Source of the DNA: an uncultured archaeon
GTDB taxonomy: Archaea > Asgardarchaeota > Lokiarchaeia > Sigyniarchaeales > SOKP01
DNA length: 49,091 nucleotides
Assembly: GCA_964486045.1 (NCBI GenBank)
Contig: CAZALK010000010.1
Coordinates: forward strand, 148,989-198,079
Direction: 5' to 3'
A program made the translations under genes and the position numbers. This document shows, one piece after another, positions 29,202 through 37,494 of the stretch. Each line of letters opens with the position of its first letter. The first letter of the stretch is position 1. A model generated the notes under the pieces. That model saw only the letters and a list, made by a program, of their open reading frames with translations. It was not told where the DNA came from and made no database searches.

Positions 29202-30320
29202 CTAATATTTCCGAGTAAAAACAAACTCTGAAAATTCGTTAAAGAAAGTCTTTTGTGCCTTGTTCAAATCCGGATAAATATTCTTTAATTCATTTTTTGC
29301 CTGCTCAACTAAATTTTTAGCGAGATGTTCAGCAATTATTAAGGCATTTGTATCGGTAAAGATTTCTTTTACTTCTTTTATATCGTTATTATTTAATTTT
29401 TCTTTATGGTAAATTTCATTAAGAATTTTGGATTGATTTTCATCAGTATTTTGAATTGCTAAAATATATATAATTTTTGAGTGATTTTTCGCCTTGATAT
29501 CATCATCTAAATCAATAATATCATCTCTGATGGCATGAGCTTGGCCAATACTTAGTAAAGCATTGCTTAGAGGATTTATTTGATAATGGATATTACCCCT
29601 TGCAAGAATAGCACCAATTTTTGCTGATTTTTCAAATAGTCTAGCCCTTTCCCATTCAGCAATATTTAAATACTGCTCTAGTGTCATTGTTATATTGTTA
29701 TATTTCATGTATGCTTCAACCAGCTGTCCCTTCATTAAGAAGTCCATCGCTTGAGTATACTCGTTGATCGCCAATAATTTTGTTTGATCTGGGAATTTCG
29801 CTGATTTTAATATTTCTAAGCCTAATAAATATCCTTGAGTACCACCTAAAATACTCATATCTCTTCCATATAATTGAACTACCTCATCTTTATTAGAGAT
29901 ATTACTCTCTTTATAAATTAGGTTCAGTTCATTTTGTAATTGTGAATGAAAAGTCGGTTTACCCCTCCTTACCTTATCGTTATCTAGAAGATCATCATGA
30001 ATTAAATGCCCGTTGTGTAATAATTCAACCGCAATGGAAACTTCCCGAATTTGATCTACCTGATCATCTAAATACATGGGATTTAGGATACCAGAAAAAG
30101 CAGCATTAAGTAAAACAGGATGGAGTCGTTTTGCTTTCTTATTTAAAATGAATTCTTCTAACTGGGTAATAAAATCCCTAAGAAGGTTATCTTTTTCTTT
30201 TTTATATAATTGAGAGAAATATTTTTCCAATTCTTCATCAACATGAGCTTTTTCTGTTTTAAAGAATTCTTCAATCACGTCAAAATCACAAAAATAATCA
30301 TTAGTACTAATATAAATCAT
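29202..30320 (-). CDS. Trans-polyprenyl diphosphate synthase family protein (divergent)
   Basis: KRLHP, ELLHNGHLIHDDLLDNDKVRRGKPT (first Asp-rich motif), GQ and RDDIID (second Asp-rich motif). Confidence 0.88.
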   Translation of the reverse strand: MIYISTNDYFCDFDVIEEFFKTEKAHVDEELEKYFSQLYKKEKDNLLRDFITQLEEFILNKKAKRLHPVLLNAAFSGILNPMYLDDQVDQIREVSIAVELLHNGHLIHDDLLDNDKVRRGKPTFHSQLQNELNLIYKESNISNKDEVVQLYGRDMSILGGTQGYLLGLEILKSAKFPDQTKLLAINEYTQAMDFLMKGQLVEAYMKYNNITMTLEQYLNIAEWERARLFEKSAKIGAILARGNIHYQINPLSNALLSIGQAHAIRDDIIDLDDDIKAKNHSKIIYILAIQNTDENQSKILNEIYHKEKLNNNDIKEVKEIFTDTNALIIAEHLAKNLVEQAKNELKNIYPDLNKAQKTFFNEFSEFVFTRKY

Positions 30321-30384
30321 ATAGTAATTTAATTTAATTATATCTAATTCCTATTATTTTTATACTAAAGGAGAATTGTTAAAG

Positions 30385-30897
30385 ATGAAAATAGCAGTAA
30401 TAAGTGATACTCATGATCATATGAGAAACATTCTCGAAGCGGTCTCAATAATAAATGAAAGAGAGGTTGACGCTGTAATTCATTGCGGGGATTTCATTGC
30501 ACCTTTTGTTAAAAAATGGTTCGATAAACTTAACGATCCAATAAAAAAAAACTTTTTCGGAGTATATGGGAATAATGATGGCGAACGATTGTATTTAAAA
30601 CAAATTTTAGGTCAAATTTGTCAATTTGCTCAAAATGGGCATGAATTAATTCTTGAATTAGGAGGAAAGAGAATCTTTGTATCACATATGCCCAAACAGA
30701 AAACTATTGAAGCATTAGCTCACTCTGGAAAGTTTGATATTATTTTATCTGGACATACTCATGCTGTGAGAGATGAAAAGTATGAGAATGGTGTTTTAGT
30801 GGTAAATCCGGGTGAACTTTGTGGTTACATTACAGGAAAATCGACATTTGCAATAATAGAGACCGATAAAATGGAGTCAGAGATTATTGAAGTGTAG
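30385..30897 (+). CDS. YfcE/MJ0936/Vps29-family metallophosphoesterase
   Basis: MKIAVISDTHD, HCGD, GNND, SH, GHTH and NPG. The track starts at TTG 30376. Confidence 0.93.
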   Translation: MKIAVISDTHDHMRNILEAVSIINEREVDAVIHCGDFIAPFVKKWFDKLNDPIKKNFFGVYGNNDGERLYLKQILGQICQFAQNGHELILELGGKRIFVSHMPKQKTIEALAHSGKFDIILSGHTHAVRDEKYENGVLVVNPGELCGYITGKSTFAIIETDKMESEIIEV

Positions 30898-30950
30898 AAT
30901 TTTTAAGCACTTTTCATTTTTTTTATTAAGAAGAAACGATTAAAACCTTT

Positions 30951-32159
30951 ATGATGTCAAGAGTATCTCCTAATAACATATTTGATGATTTTAGAAAAGA
31001 TAAGCTTACTAAGAGTCAAGCTTCAGATTTATTAATGTCACTAGTAGAGAATACAATTAAGCAAGATACCGAAAGTAAAATTGTATCAATCAAACTTTTA
31101 GGCCTAATTGGTGCTAATGATGAAAAAATCTTCAAATTCCTTGAACTTTTATTAATTTCAGACGTAGATGATTTAGTTCGTGGAAATGCAGCTAGTGTAA
31201 TCATTAAAAACTTCTCCGATCTTGCATTTGAGCCGATTAAGTGGGCTTTACTACATGAAGAATCGGAGACGTCTATTATTCTAATAATCGAAGCATTGAA
31301 TAAAACTAATAGTTTAAATTTGAAATCATTAGTGAAAACTTTTGAATATGTAGAGTATGAAGGAAAAATATATTTACCTTTTGGAACTGAACGGATTATT
31401 AATTTAAGTAATCAAAATATTGTTAATTTAATGCAGGTTAAAGGCTTAGGGAATTTACTAAATTTGAAAAAGTTACATTTAAATTTTAACAATATTACAG
31501 TAATAGAAGGATTGGATAATCTCATTAATTTAAAAACGTTACATCTCCAAGGAAATAAAATTGAAAAGATAGAAGGCTTAGAGAAATTAAAGAATCTAGA
31601 ATATTTGTACCTTAATAATAATGAAATTGTTAAGATCCAAGGTATCACTACCCTTTCTAATTTAAAATCATTAATGATCTATGATAACAAATTACCAGAA
31701 ATACAAAAATTGGAGCATTTATCAAATTTGGAGATATTAAATCTACGGAATAATAGAATTTCTGAAATTGAAGGATTAAAAAATCTGGAAAATTTAAAAA
31801 GATTAGATCTTAGTAGTAATAGAATAACAGAAATTAAGGATTTAGATAATCTCGTAAACTTAGAGTTTTTGGATTTGAGTTATAATCAAATAACTGAAAT
31901 TAGCGGATTAGATAGCTTAAAAAATTTAAAGTTTTTAGATCTTAGAAATAACAAGATAACAGGAATTAAACAATTAAACATTTTAAAAAAATTACAGCAT
32001 TTATATCTTGGATTCAATAGAATTTCAATAGCAGACATTAGTGAGGAATTAAATCGGAAAGATTCCCTTGATACTTTAAGCATGGATGGAAAAAATATTT
32101 CTAGATCACCGTTTGATTTTTTGCACAAATACCAATCAGGCAAAGATTCTACAAATTAA
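30951..32159 (+). CDS. HEAT plus SDS22-like leucine-rich repeat protein
   Basis: N-terminal HEAT-like DDLVRGNAA; about ten 22-aa repeats of the form LxxLxLxxNxIxxIxGLxxLxN. Confidence 0.92.
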   Translation: MMSRVSPNNIFDDFRKDKLTKSQASDLLMSLVENTIKQDTESKIVSIKLLGLIGANDEKIFKFLELLLISDVDDLVRGNAASVIIKNFSDLAFEPIKWALLHEESETSIILIIEALNKTNSLNLKSLVKTFEYVEYEGKIYLPFGTERIINLSNQNIVNLMQVKGLGNLLNLKKLHLNFNNITVIEGLDNLINLKTLHLQGNKIEKIEGLEKLKNLEYLYLNNNEIVKIQGITTLSNLKSLMIYDNKLPEIQKLEHLSNLEILNLRNNRISEIEGLKNLENLKRLDLSSNRITEIKDLDNLVNLEFLDLSYNQITEISGLDSLKNLKFLDLRNNKITGIKQLNILKKLQHLYLGFNRISIADISEELNRKDSLDTLSMDGKNISRSPFDFLHKYQSGKDSTN

Positions 32160-32224
32160 TTTTTTTCTTATTATTGCTTTCCTATCGGAAACCTTTAATA
32201 ACGAATTCCTAATTTTAGATTATT

Positions 32225-33430
32225 ATGTCATTACCTCTAGAAGGAAAAATTATTTTAGATCTCTCAAGGATGTTACCAGGTCCATATTGTACTATGATAC
32301 TTAGTGATCTTGGAGCAGAAGTCATCCGAGTAGAAGATCCTAAGTATCCCTATGGTAATCAGGGTCCATATTTTCAAAAAGGGAATTATAAAGAAAGTGC
32401 ATTTAACTCCATTTTGATGAGGAATAAAAAGTCTATTACACTTAACTTAAAAGATGATAGAGCAAGAAAGATTTTTTACGAGTTGGTAAAGAAGGCAGAT
32501 GTAGTTCTTGATACATTTCGACCAAAGGTTATGAATAAATTAAAGATTGATTATAATACATTAGCTTTAATAAATCCTTCAATAATTTGTTGCTCTCTGA
32601 CGGGATATGGACAAAACGGTCCTTATGAACAAGTTGCTGGTCATGATCTTAATTATATAGGAATAAGTGGGATTTTAGATCTCAATAAAGAAAGAAAACA
32701 ACATGATAAAGAAAATAAATTAAGACCTCCTATGAATCCAGGAGTTCAAGTTGCTGATATAGGAGGGGGATTAGTTACAGCTATAGGAATTTTAGGTGCA
32801 ATACTTGAAAGAGAAGGAAATGCTGAGAGAAAAGGTCAATATATAGATATTTCGATGACTGACTCTGTGTTCTCGTTTATACCACTGATAGCTGCCTATC
32901 ATTTTGCCAAAGATTCAAGCGAGTTAGTAAATATTTTGCATGGTGATTTTCCATTCTATTCCGTTTATAAGACTAAAGATAATAAATTTTTATCCGTGGG
33001 TATCATTGAGGCAAAATTTTGGAGAGAGTTTTGTAATGCTTTAGAGCTTAATGAGTTGGAACGGAGACAGATTACTATAGGTAAAGAAAGAGAGGAAGTT
33101 TTTCAAAAAATTCAACAAAAATTCTTGAAAAAAACACAGATAGAATGGATGGAAAAATTTATCAATCTAGATGCCTGTGTTATGCCTGTTAAATCCTTCG
33201 CTGAAGCTTGCCAAGATCCTCAAATTAAGGTTCGGAATATGGTGGTGGAGATAAATCACCCCAAACTTGGGAAAATCCAAAATATTGCTTCCCCAATTAA
33301 GTATTCAAGAACCCCTTTAACGATTAGAAGTGTTGCACCGATGACAGGACAAAATACTCAGGAAATTTTAGAGTCTCTAGGTTACTCAGCTGAACAAATT
33401 CAACAATTTAAAAATGATAAGATTACGTAA
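32225..33430 (+). CDS. CaiB/BaiF family III CoA-transferase (AMACR-like)
   Basis: LDLSRMLPGP, LGAEVIRVE, RNKKS, GYGQNGP, GHDLNY, AD (catalytic Asp region) and GQYIDISM. Confidence 0.94.
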   Translation: MSLPLEGKIILDLSRMLPGPYCTMILSDLGAEVIRVEDPKYPYGNQGPYFQKGNYKESAFNSILMRNKKSITLNLKDDRARKIFYELVKKADVVLDTFRPKVMNKLKIDYNTLALINPSIICCSLTGYGQNGPYEQVAGHDLNYIGISGILDLNKERKQHDKENKLRPPMNPGVQVADIGGGLVTAIGILGAILEREGNAERKGQYIDISMTDSVFSFIPLIAAYHFAKDSSELVNILHGDFPFYSVYKTKDNKFLSVGIIEAKFWREFCNALELNELERRQITIGKEREEVFQKIQQKFLKKTQIEWMEKFINLDACVMPVKSFAEACQDPQIKVRNMVVEINHPKLGKIQNIASPIKYSRTPLTIRSVAPMTGQNTQEILESLGYSAEQIQQFKNDKIT

Positions 33431-33437
33431 GTCTTTT

Positions 33438-33824
33438 TTACAAAATCTGGAACCCGATAAGAATTATCAGTGTTGCAAAAATTAGTGAAATAAGGGTAAA
33501 CACAAGTAAAATAATGAACATTGGCCAATCTTTTAATTGACCATAAAAACCTGCAGCATTTATGGTAGAATAGATTGTCATACCGATAGAAATAAAGAAT
33601 AATGCCACACCCCAAAATTGGTTCATTATTAATCCAATTCCTCCAACAATAAGTGCGATAGACGTCAATAATTCAGCTACTAAGTGAAAAAATATTTGCG
33701 TTGGCTTAGTTGTAAGTTCTGGTACCTCTCTTTTTCCTAAGAGAAAAATCCACATGCTTAACATTGCAATTCCAATTATAATTATATATATTGAAGCAAA
33801 TAATTCAATAACTATCTTAATCAC
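33438..33824 (-). CDS. Small 4-TM membrane protein
   Basis: Four hydrophobic helices; FHLVAE motif. Confidence 0.8.
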   Translation of the reverse strand: MIKIVIELFASIYIIIIGIAMLSMWIFLLGKREVPELTTKPTQIFFHLVAELLTSIALIVGGIGLIMNQFWGVALFFISIGMTIYSTINAAGFYGQLKDWPMFIILLVFTLISLIFATLIILIGFQIL

Positions 33825-33933
33825 CTTGAAAGATTTGATAAGTATAGTACTTTATTTATTAAATCTAATTATAGTTTAATGTATAAAAATCAATTTCATT
33901 CAAAGTAAATTACATATTATTGTGTGAAAATCT

Positions 33934-34431
33934 ATGAGCGTAGACTTAAAATTATATAATGCAATCAAGAACTCAGGAATAGATTTAATATTAACATTGC
34001 CATGTGCGATGCTTAAAAATTTATTAGAACTTATTGAAGAAAAAAATGAAATTCAGCATATAGCAATTACAAGAGAGGAAGAAGGCGTAGGGATTGCTGC
34101 TGGTGTATATTTAAGTGGCAAAATTCCTGCCCTTTTAATTCAAAATTCTGGAATAGGTAATTCTATCAATGCTATTAAATCTCTTTTACAATTATTTAAA
34201 ATTCCTGTAATATTTATAATGAGTCATAGAGGGGCTGAAGGGGAAAAAATTTTAGCTCAAATTCCTATGGGAAGACTAACCCCAAAGCTATTAGATTTAT
34301 TAGGAATTGAAAAGTTTGAGATTGATTCAGTAGAAAAAATTAATCATATAAAAACGGCTGTTAAACTTAGTGTTTCAGCAGAGAAATCTACTTGCATTCT
34401 TTTACAAAAGGCCTTATGGGGGTCACAATGA
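33934..34431 (+). CDS. comD: Sulfopyruvate decarboxylase subunit alpha
   Basis: LPC, TREEEGVGIAAG, QNSGIGNSINA, SHRG and AQIPMG; ATGA-coupled to the beta subunit. Confidence 0.9.
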   Translation: MSVDLKLYNAIKNSGIDLILTLPCAMLKNLLELIEEKNEIQHIAITREEEGVGIAAGVYLSGKIPALLIQNSGIGNSINAIKSLLQLFKIPVIFIMSHRGAEGEKILAQIPMGRLTPKLLDLLGIEKFEIDSVEKINHIKTAVKLSVSAEKSTCILLQKALWGSQ

Positions 34432-34982
34432 AAAGATTTGATGCCATAAGAAAAATCGTTGATTCGTTAAAAGATGAAATTATCGTGTGCAATATTGGTG
34501 CTCCTTCAAGAGAGTTATTCAATATTAAAGATAGAGATGATAATTTCTACATGTTAGGTTCAATGGGATTGGCGTCATCTATCGCATTTGGAATTGCGAT
34601 TTCAAAGCCATCACGGAAAGTATGGTGTATTGATGGGGATGGCTCCCTCCTAATGAACTTAGGAAGTTTAAGTACAATTGCAAATAATCAACCAAACAAT
34701 TTAACACTAATAGTAATTGATAATTGTTCTTACGGTTCAACGGGGAATCAAAAAACCTATACTAGCAAAAAAACAAGGTTAGAAACCATTGCAAAAGGAG
34801 CAGGATTTGATTCCATCACCGTCATCAAGAAGGAGGATAATATAATCTCTACTTTAAAAGCCTTAGGGAGAGGCTGTCATTTTGTAAAAATCAAGGTTTT
34901 ACCGGGGAATGCTCAAGTAGAAAATATACCATTAAACCCAGTAGATCTAAAACACAGATTTATGAACTCAATTTCAAAGTGA
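34428..34982 (+). CDS. comE: Sulfopyruvate decarboxylase subunit beta
   Basis: NIGAPSREL, NFYMLGSMG and the TPP-binding GDGSLLMNLG...DN..YGSTGNQ. ATG at 34428 overlaps the comD TGA. Confidence 0.9.
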   Translation: MKRFDAIRKIVDSLKDEIIVCNIGAPSRELFNIKDRDDNFYMLGSMGLASSIAFGIAISKPSRKVWCIDGDGSLLMNLGSLSTIANNQPNNLTLIVIDNCSYGSTGNQKTYTSKKTRLETIAKGAGFDSITVIKKEDNIISTLKALGRGCHFVKIKVLPGNAQVENIPLNPVDLKHRFMNSISK

Positions 34983-35122
34983 TTATTAAATTTCAACTCA
35001 AAATGTCTCATAGTATATTCTTCAATTAATCTTAGATATACATAATTTTAATTAAGTACAGATTTATTATTTTTTTAGTATAAAATTAAAAACAAATTCA
35101 TTAACAGTTACAGATTTTAAGT

Positions 35123-36700
35123 ATGTCAGAAGACTCCAAAGAATCAAGTGATCTTGAAGAAGAACAAGAGGATGAGTCGAAGATTGGCGTAGAAAATGAT
35201 AAAAATCAGGAAGAAAAGCAAGAGATTAAACTAGGTAAACCGATTGTTATAAGGGCTGAAGCATATAAGACAATAATTTTATATGCAAGTAGATATGCTA
35301 ATAGATCAATACCGCCTGAAGATTGGAAGGAAATTTATGGGATTTTAATTGGGTATTCTGATGATGAACTTGTATATATTGAACGAGCAGAGGCCTTAAC
35401 ATTCGGTCATACTACCGATGTACAACTAGATCAAAAGCATTATATCTTTATTGATGAAATTCAACAGAAATTAGATGATGAAGGAAAGAAATATTACATG
35501 GTTGGTTGGTTTCATACCCATCCGGGCTTGAATCTATTCTTTTCTTATATCGACATCATTAACCAGCTTGGATTTCAGCAAAATAATGCCGATTTTTGTG
35601 GTTTAGTATTTGATCACACACTTCTAGGGAAAAAAAAACTTGAAAAAATTGATGGAACTGAACATTCCATTACAAAATACGACACTGGTTTTGAAATTTA
35701 CAGAATAACAGACGTAAATCTGAATACTAATGATCCAAAATATGATAATAATTATCATCAAGTTACATACATCATCGATGGATTAAACAAATACTTTTTC
35801 GCTAATGTCTTATCAGAATTATCAGCTCTTGTAACCGAAGGGAAACCCTTACAGACAGCATATGGGGAAAAAAACCCACTAAAAGAGAAATCAGAAGAAT
35901 CCTCAACTTTTCACTCTCAAGTAGAATTTACTTCAAGAGACAATGCTTTATCAGAAATTCCGATGGATGAAGATATCACATTTGGAGTCGATGATTTTTT
36001 GCAGCAAAATATCAAAGTCGAGAAAATACAAAAAGAAGTTCAGATAAAAGAAGAAGCAGAGCATTTAATATACGAAGGAAATCAAGCTTTTAATAACAGA
36101 GATGCTTTTACTGGCATTGAAAGGTTTAGACAAGGAATTGAAAAATATCAGAAAATTAAAAACATTAAGAAAGTTTTGGATTTATTAAGAACCGTTTCCC
36201 AAAAATGTATAGCTAACGACCACTTAGTCTATGCAGGAGAATTTGCTGAAGACTTATACAAATTTGCTAAGAAACAAAAAAATCTCTTTTATACTGGAGT
36301 TGCCAATTATATTTTGGGTTATTTACTTCTGAAAAAAGGTGAAAACGAAGTTCTAGAAGAAGGTTTGAATAGGATTCAGGATGCTGCAGTAAATTTTGAA
36401 AATGAAGCAGATTATGCAGGAGCAGGAATGTGCTTTAACAAAATTGGGACAATTTATCAATCAAGATTACACAAGTTAGAAAATGCGTGTTTATTTTACA
36501 GAGCAGCAATTGAAAATTATAATAAAGCAATTCTTAAAATACACCCCTTAAGGACGTCTTTTTGGAACAAACCAGATTTATTAATAGAGAAAATTGTAGA
36601 ATTGAGAGATATCGTTGAAGAATTATTACCAAACCTGGAAAAAAGCAAATTAAAAGATAAGATTAAGAACGATCTGGGTAATTTGCAATATAACTTTTAA
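35123..36700 (+). CDS. MPN+/JAB (JAMM) isopeptidase domain fused to TPR/SNAP-like helical repeats
   Basis: EIYGILIG and GWFHTHPGLNLFFSYID give an intact E...HxH-x7-S-x2-D motif. TPR-like C-terminal half; acidic N-terminal tail. Confidence 0.9.
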   Translation: MSEDSKESSDLEEEQEDESKIGVENDKNQEEKQEIKLGKPIVIRAEAYKTIILYASRYANRSIPPEDWKEIYGILIGYSDDELVYIERAEALTFGHTTDVQLDQKHYIFIDEIQQKLDDEGKKYYMVGWFHTHPGLNLFFSYIDIINQLGFQQNNADFCGLVFDHTLLGKKKLEKIDGTEHSITKYDTGFEIYRITDVNLNTNDPKYDNNYHQVTYIIDGLNKYFFANVLSELSALVTEGKPLQTAYGEKNPLKEKSEESSTFHSQVEFTSRDNALSEIPMDEDITFGVDDFLQQNIKVEKIQKEVQIKEEAEHLIYEGNQAFNNRDAFTGIERFRQGIEKYQKIKNIKKVLDLLRTVSQKCIANDHLVYAGEFAEDLYKFAKKQKNLFYTGVANYILGYLLLKKGENEVLEEGLNRIQDAAVNFENEADYAGAGMCFNKIGTIYQSRLHKLENACLFYRAAIENYNKAILKIHPLRTSFWNKPDLLIEKIVELRDIVEELLPNLEKSKLKDKIKNDLGNLQYNF

Positions 36701-36800
36701 ATTTTCATCTTTTTTCTAAAACTTTATTTTGATTATCTAAAATCCATAAAAATTATATTTTAGAATACACTACATTGCATACTTTTTTTGGTGATTAATA

Positions 36801-37466
36801 ATCCCGCGACGGAAACAAAAAGTTAAATATTCGAGAAAAATTGTTTGTAGTGTACTTGAACCTAAAGGCGATATCAGTTATAGTTTGCAATCTCTATGTT
36901 ATTGCCCAACAAGAGATTTAATATTGGGTACACGTGCTTATGTATGTCAAGTATGTACCTTATATGATCCCGCAAAAAATAACCGTAGATTTTCAGACCT
37001 ATATGAAGAGAGTCAAAAAATTGCGGAGCAGAAAATAAAGGAAAAACAAATTGAATTAGAAGAATTTGAAATTGCCTCTCTCAAAAAAGAGGAGGAAATT
37101 GATTTGTCAATTGACGAGTTCGATGGAGAAGGGGAAGAAGATCCATCAAAATTTGAGAAAAGAAAAGCTGGAAAGAGTTTGGGAGATGCTGATGACTTTG
37201 CTGAGGCTGAGTGTCCGTTCTGCGGGGAAATCTCTGGAAATCTTGCCGAACATATCCGAAATTGCGAACTTGCACCTGACGATGCCACCATTGAAGATGT
37301 CATTCCAAAGAAGAAAAAGAAGAAGAAGAAACCTAGTCGAAAGGAAGGAACTGGTGAAAAGAGTGCTACGGAAAAGAAGAAGTGTCCTCATTGCGGAAAA
37401 GAATTTGTGAGATTGGGAAGACATCTTAACTCCTGTCCGAAAAAGCCCGCTGAGGCTGGAGAATAA
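36801..37466 (+). CDS. Multi-zinc-finger protein with two C2HC fingers, an acidic tract and a poly-Lys tract
   Basis: CYC, CQVC, CPFC-x9-HIRNC and CPHC-x9-HLNSC. The track starts at 36885, but the frame is open to 36795 with SD GGTGA at 36790. Confidence 0.8.
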   Translation: MPRRKQKVKYSRKIVCSVLEPKGDISYSLQSLCYCPTRDLILGTRAYVCQVCTLYDPAKNNRRFSDLYEESQKIAEQKIKEKQIELEEFEIASLKKEEEIDLSIDEFDGEGEEDPSKFEKRKAGKSLGDADDFAEAECPFCGEISGNLAEHIRNCELAPDDATIEDVIPKKKKKKKKPSRKEGTGEKSATEKKKCPHCGKEFVRLGRHLNSCPKKPAEAGE

Positions 37467-37494
37467 AAATATTCTAACAATTACCAGCTTTACT

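Noticed and set aside
28584-30320. Rab-like GTPase beside a polyprenyl synthase as a prenylation module
   Set aside because: The genes are convergent and the GTPase ends HIPYMV, with no C-terminal Cys motif.
30385-30897. Vps29 (retromer) call
   Set aside because: All metal ligands of ordinary archaeal MJ0936/YfcE phosphoesterases are present, and nothing is specific to retromer.
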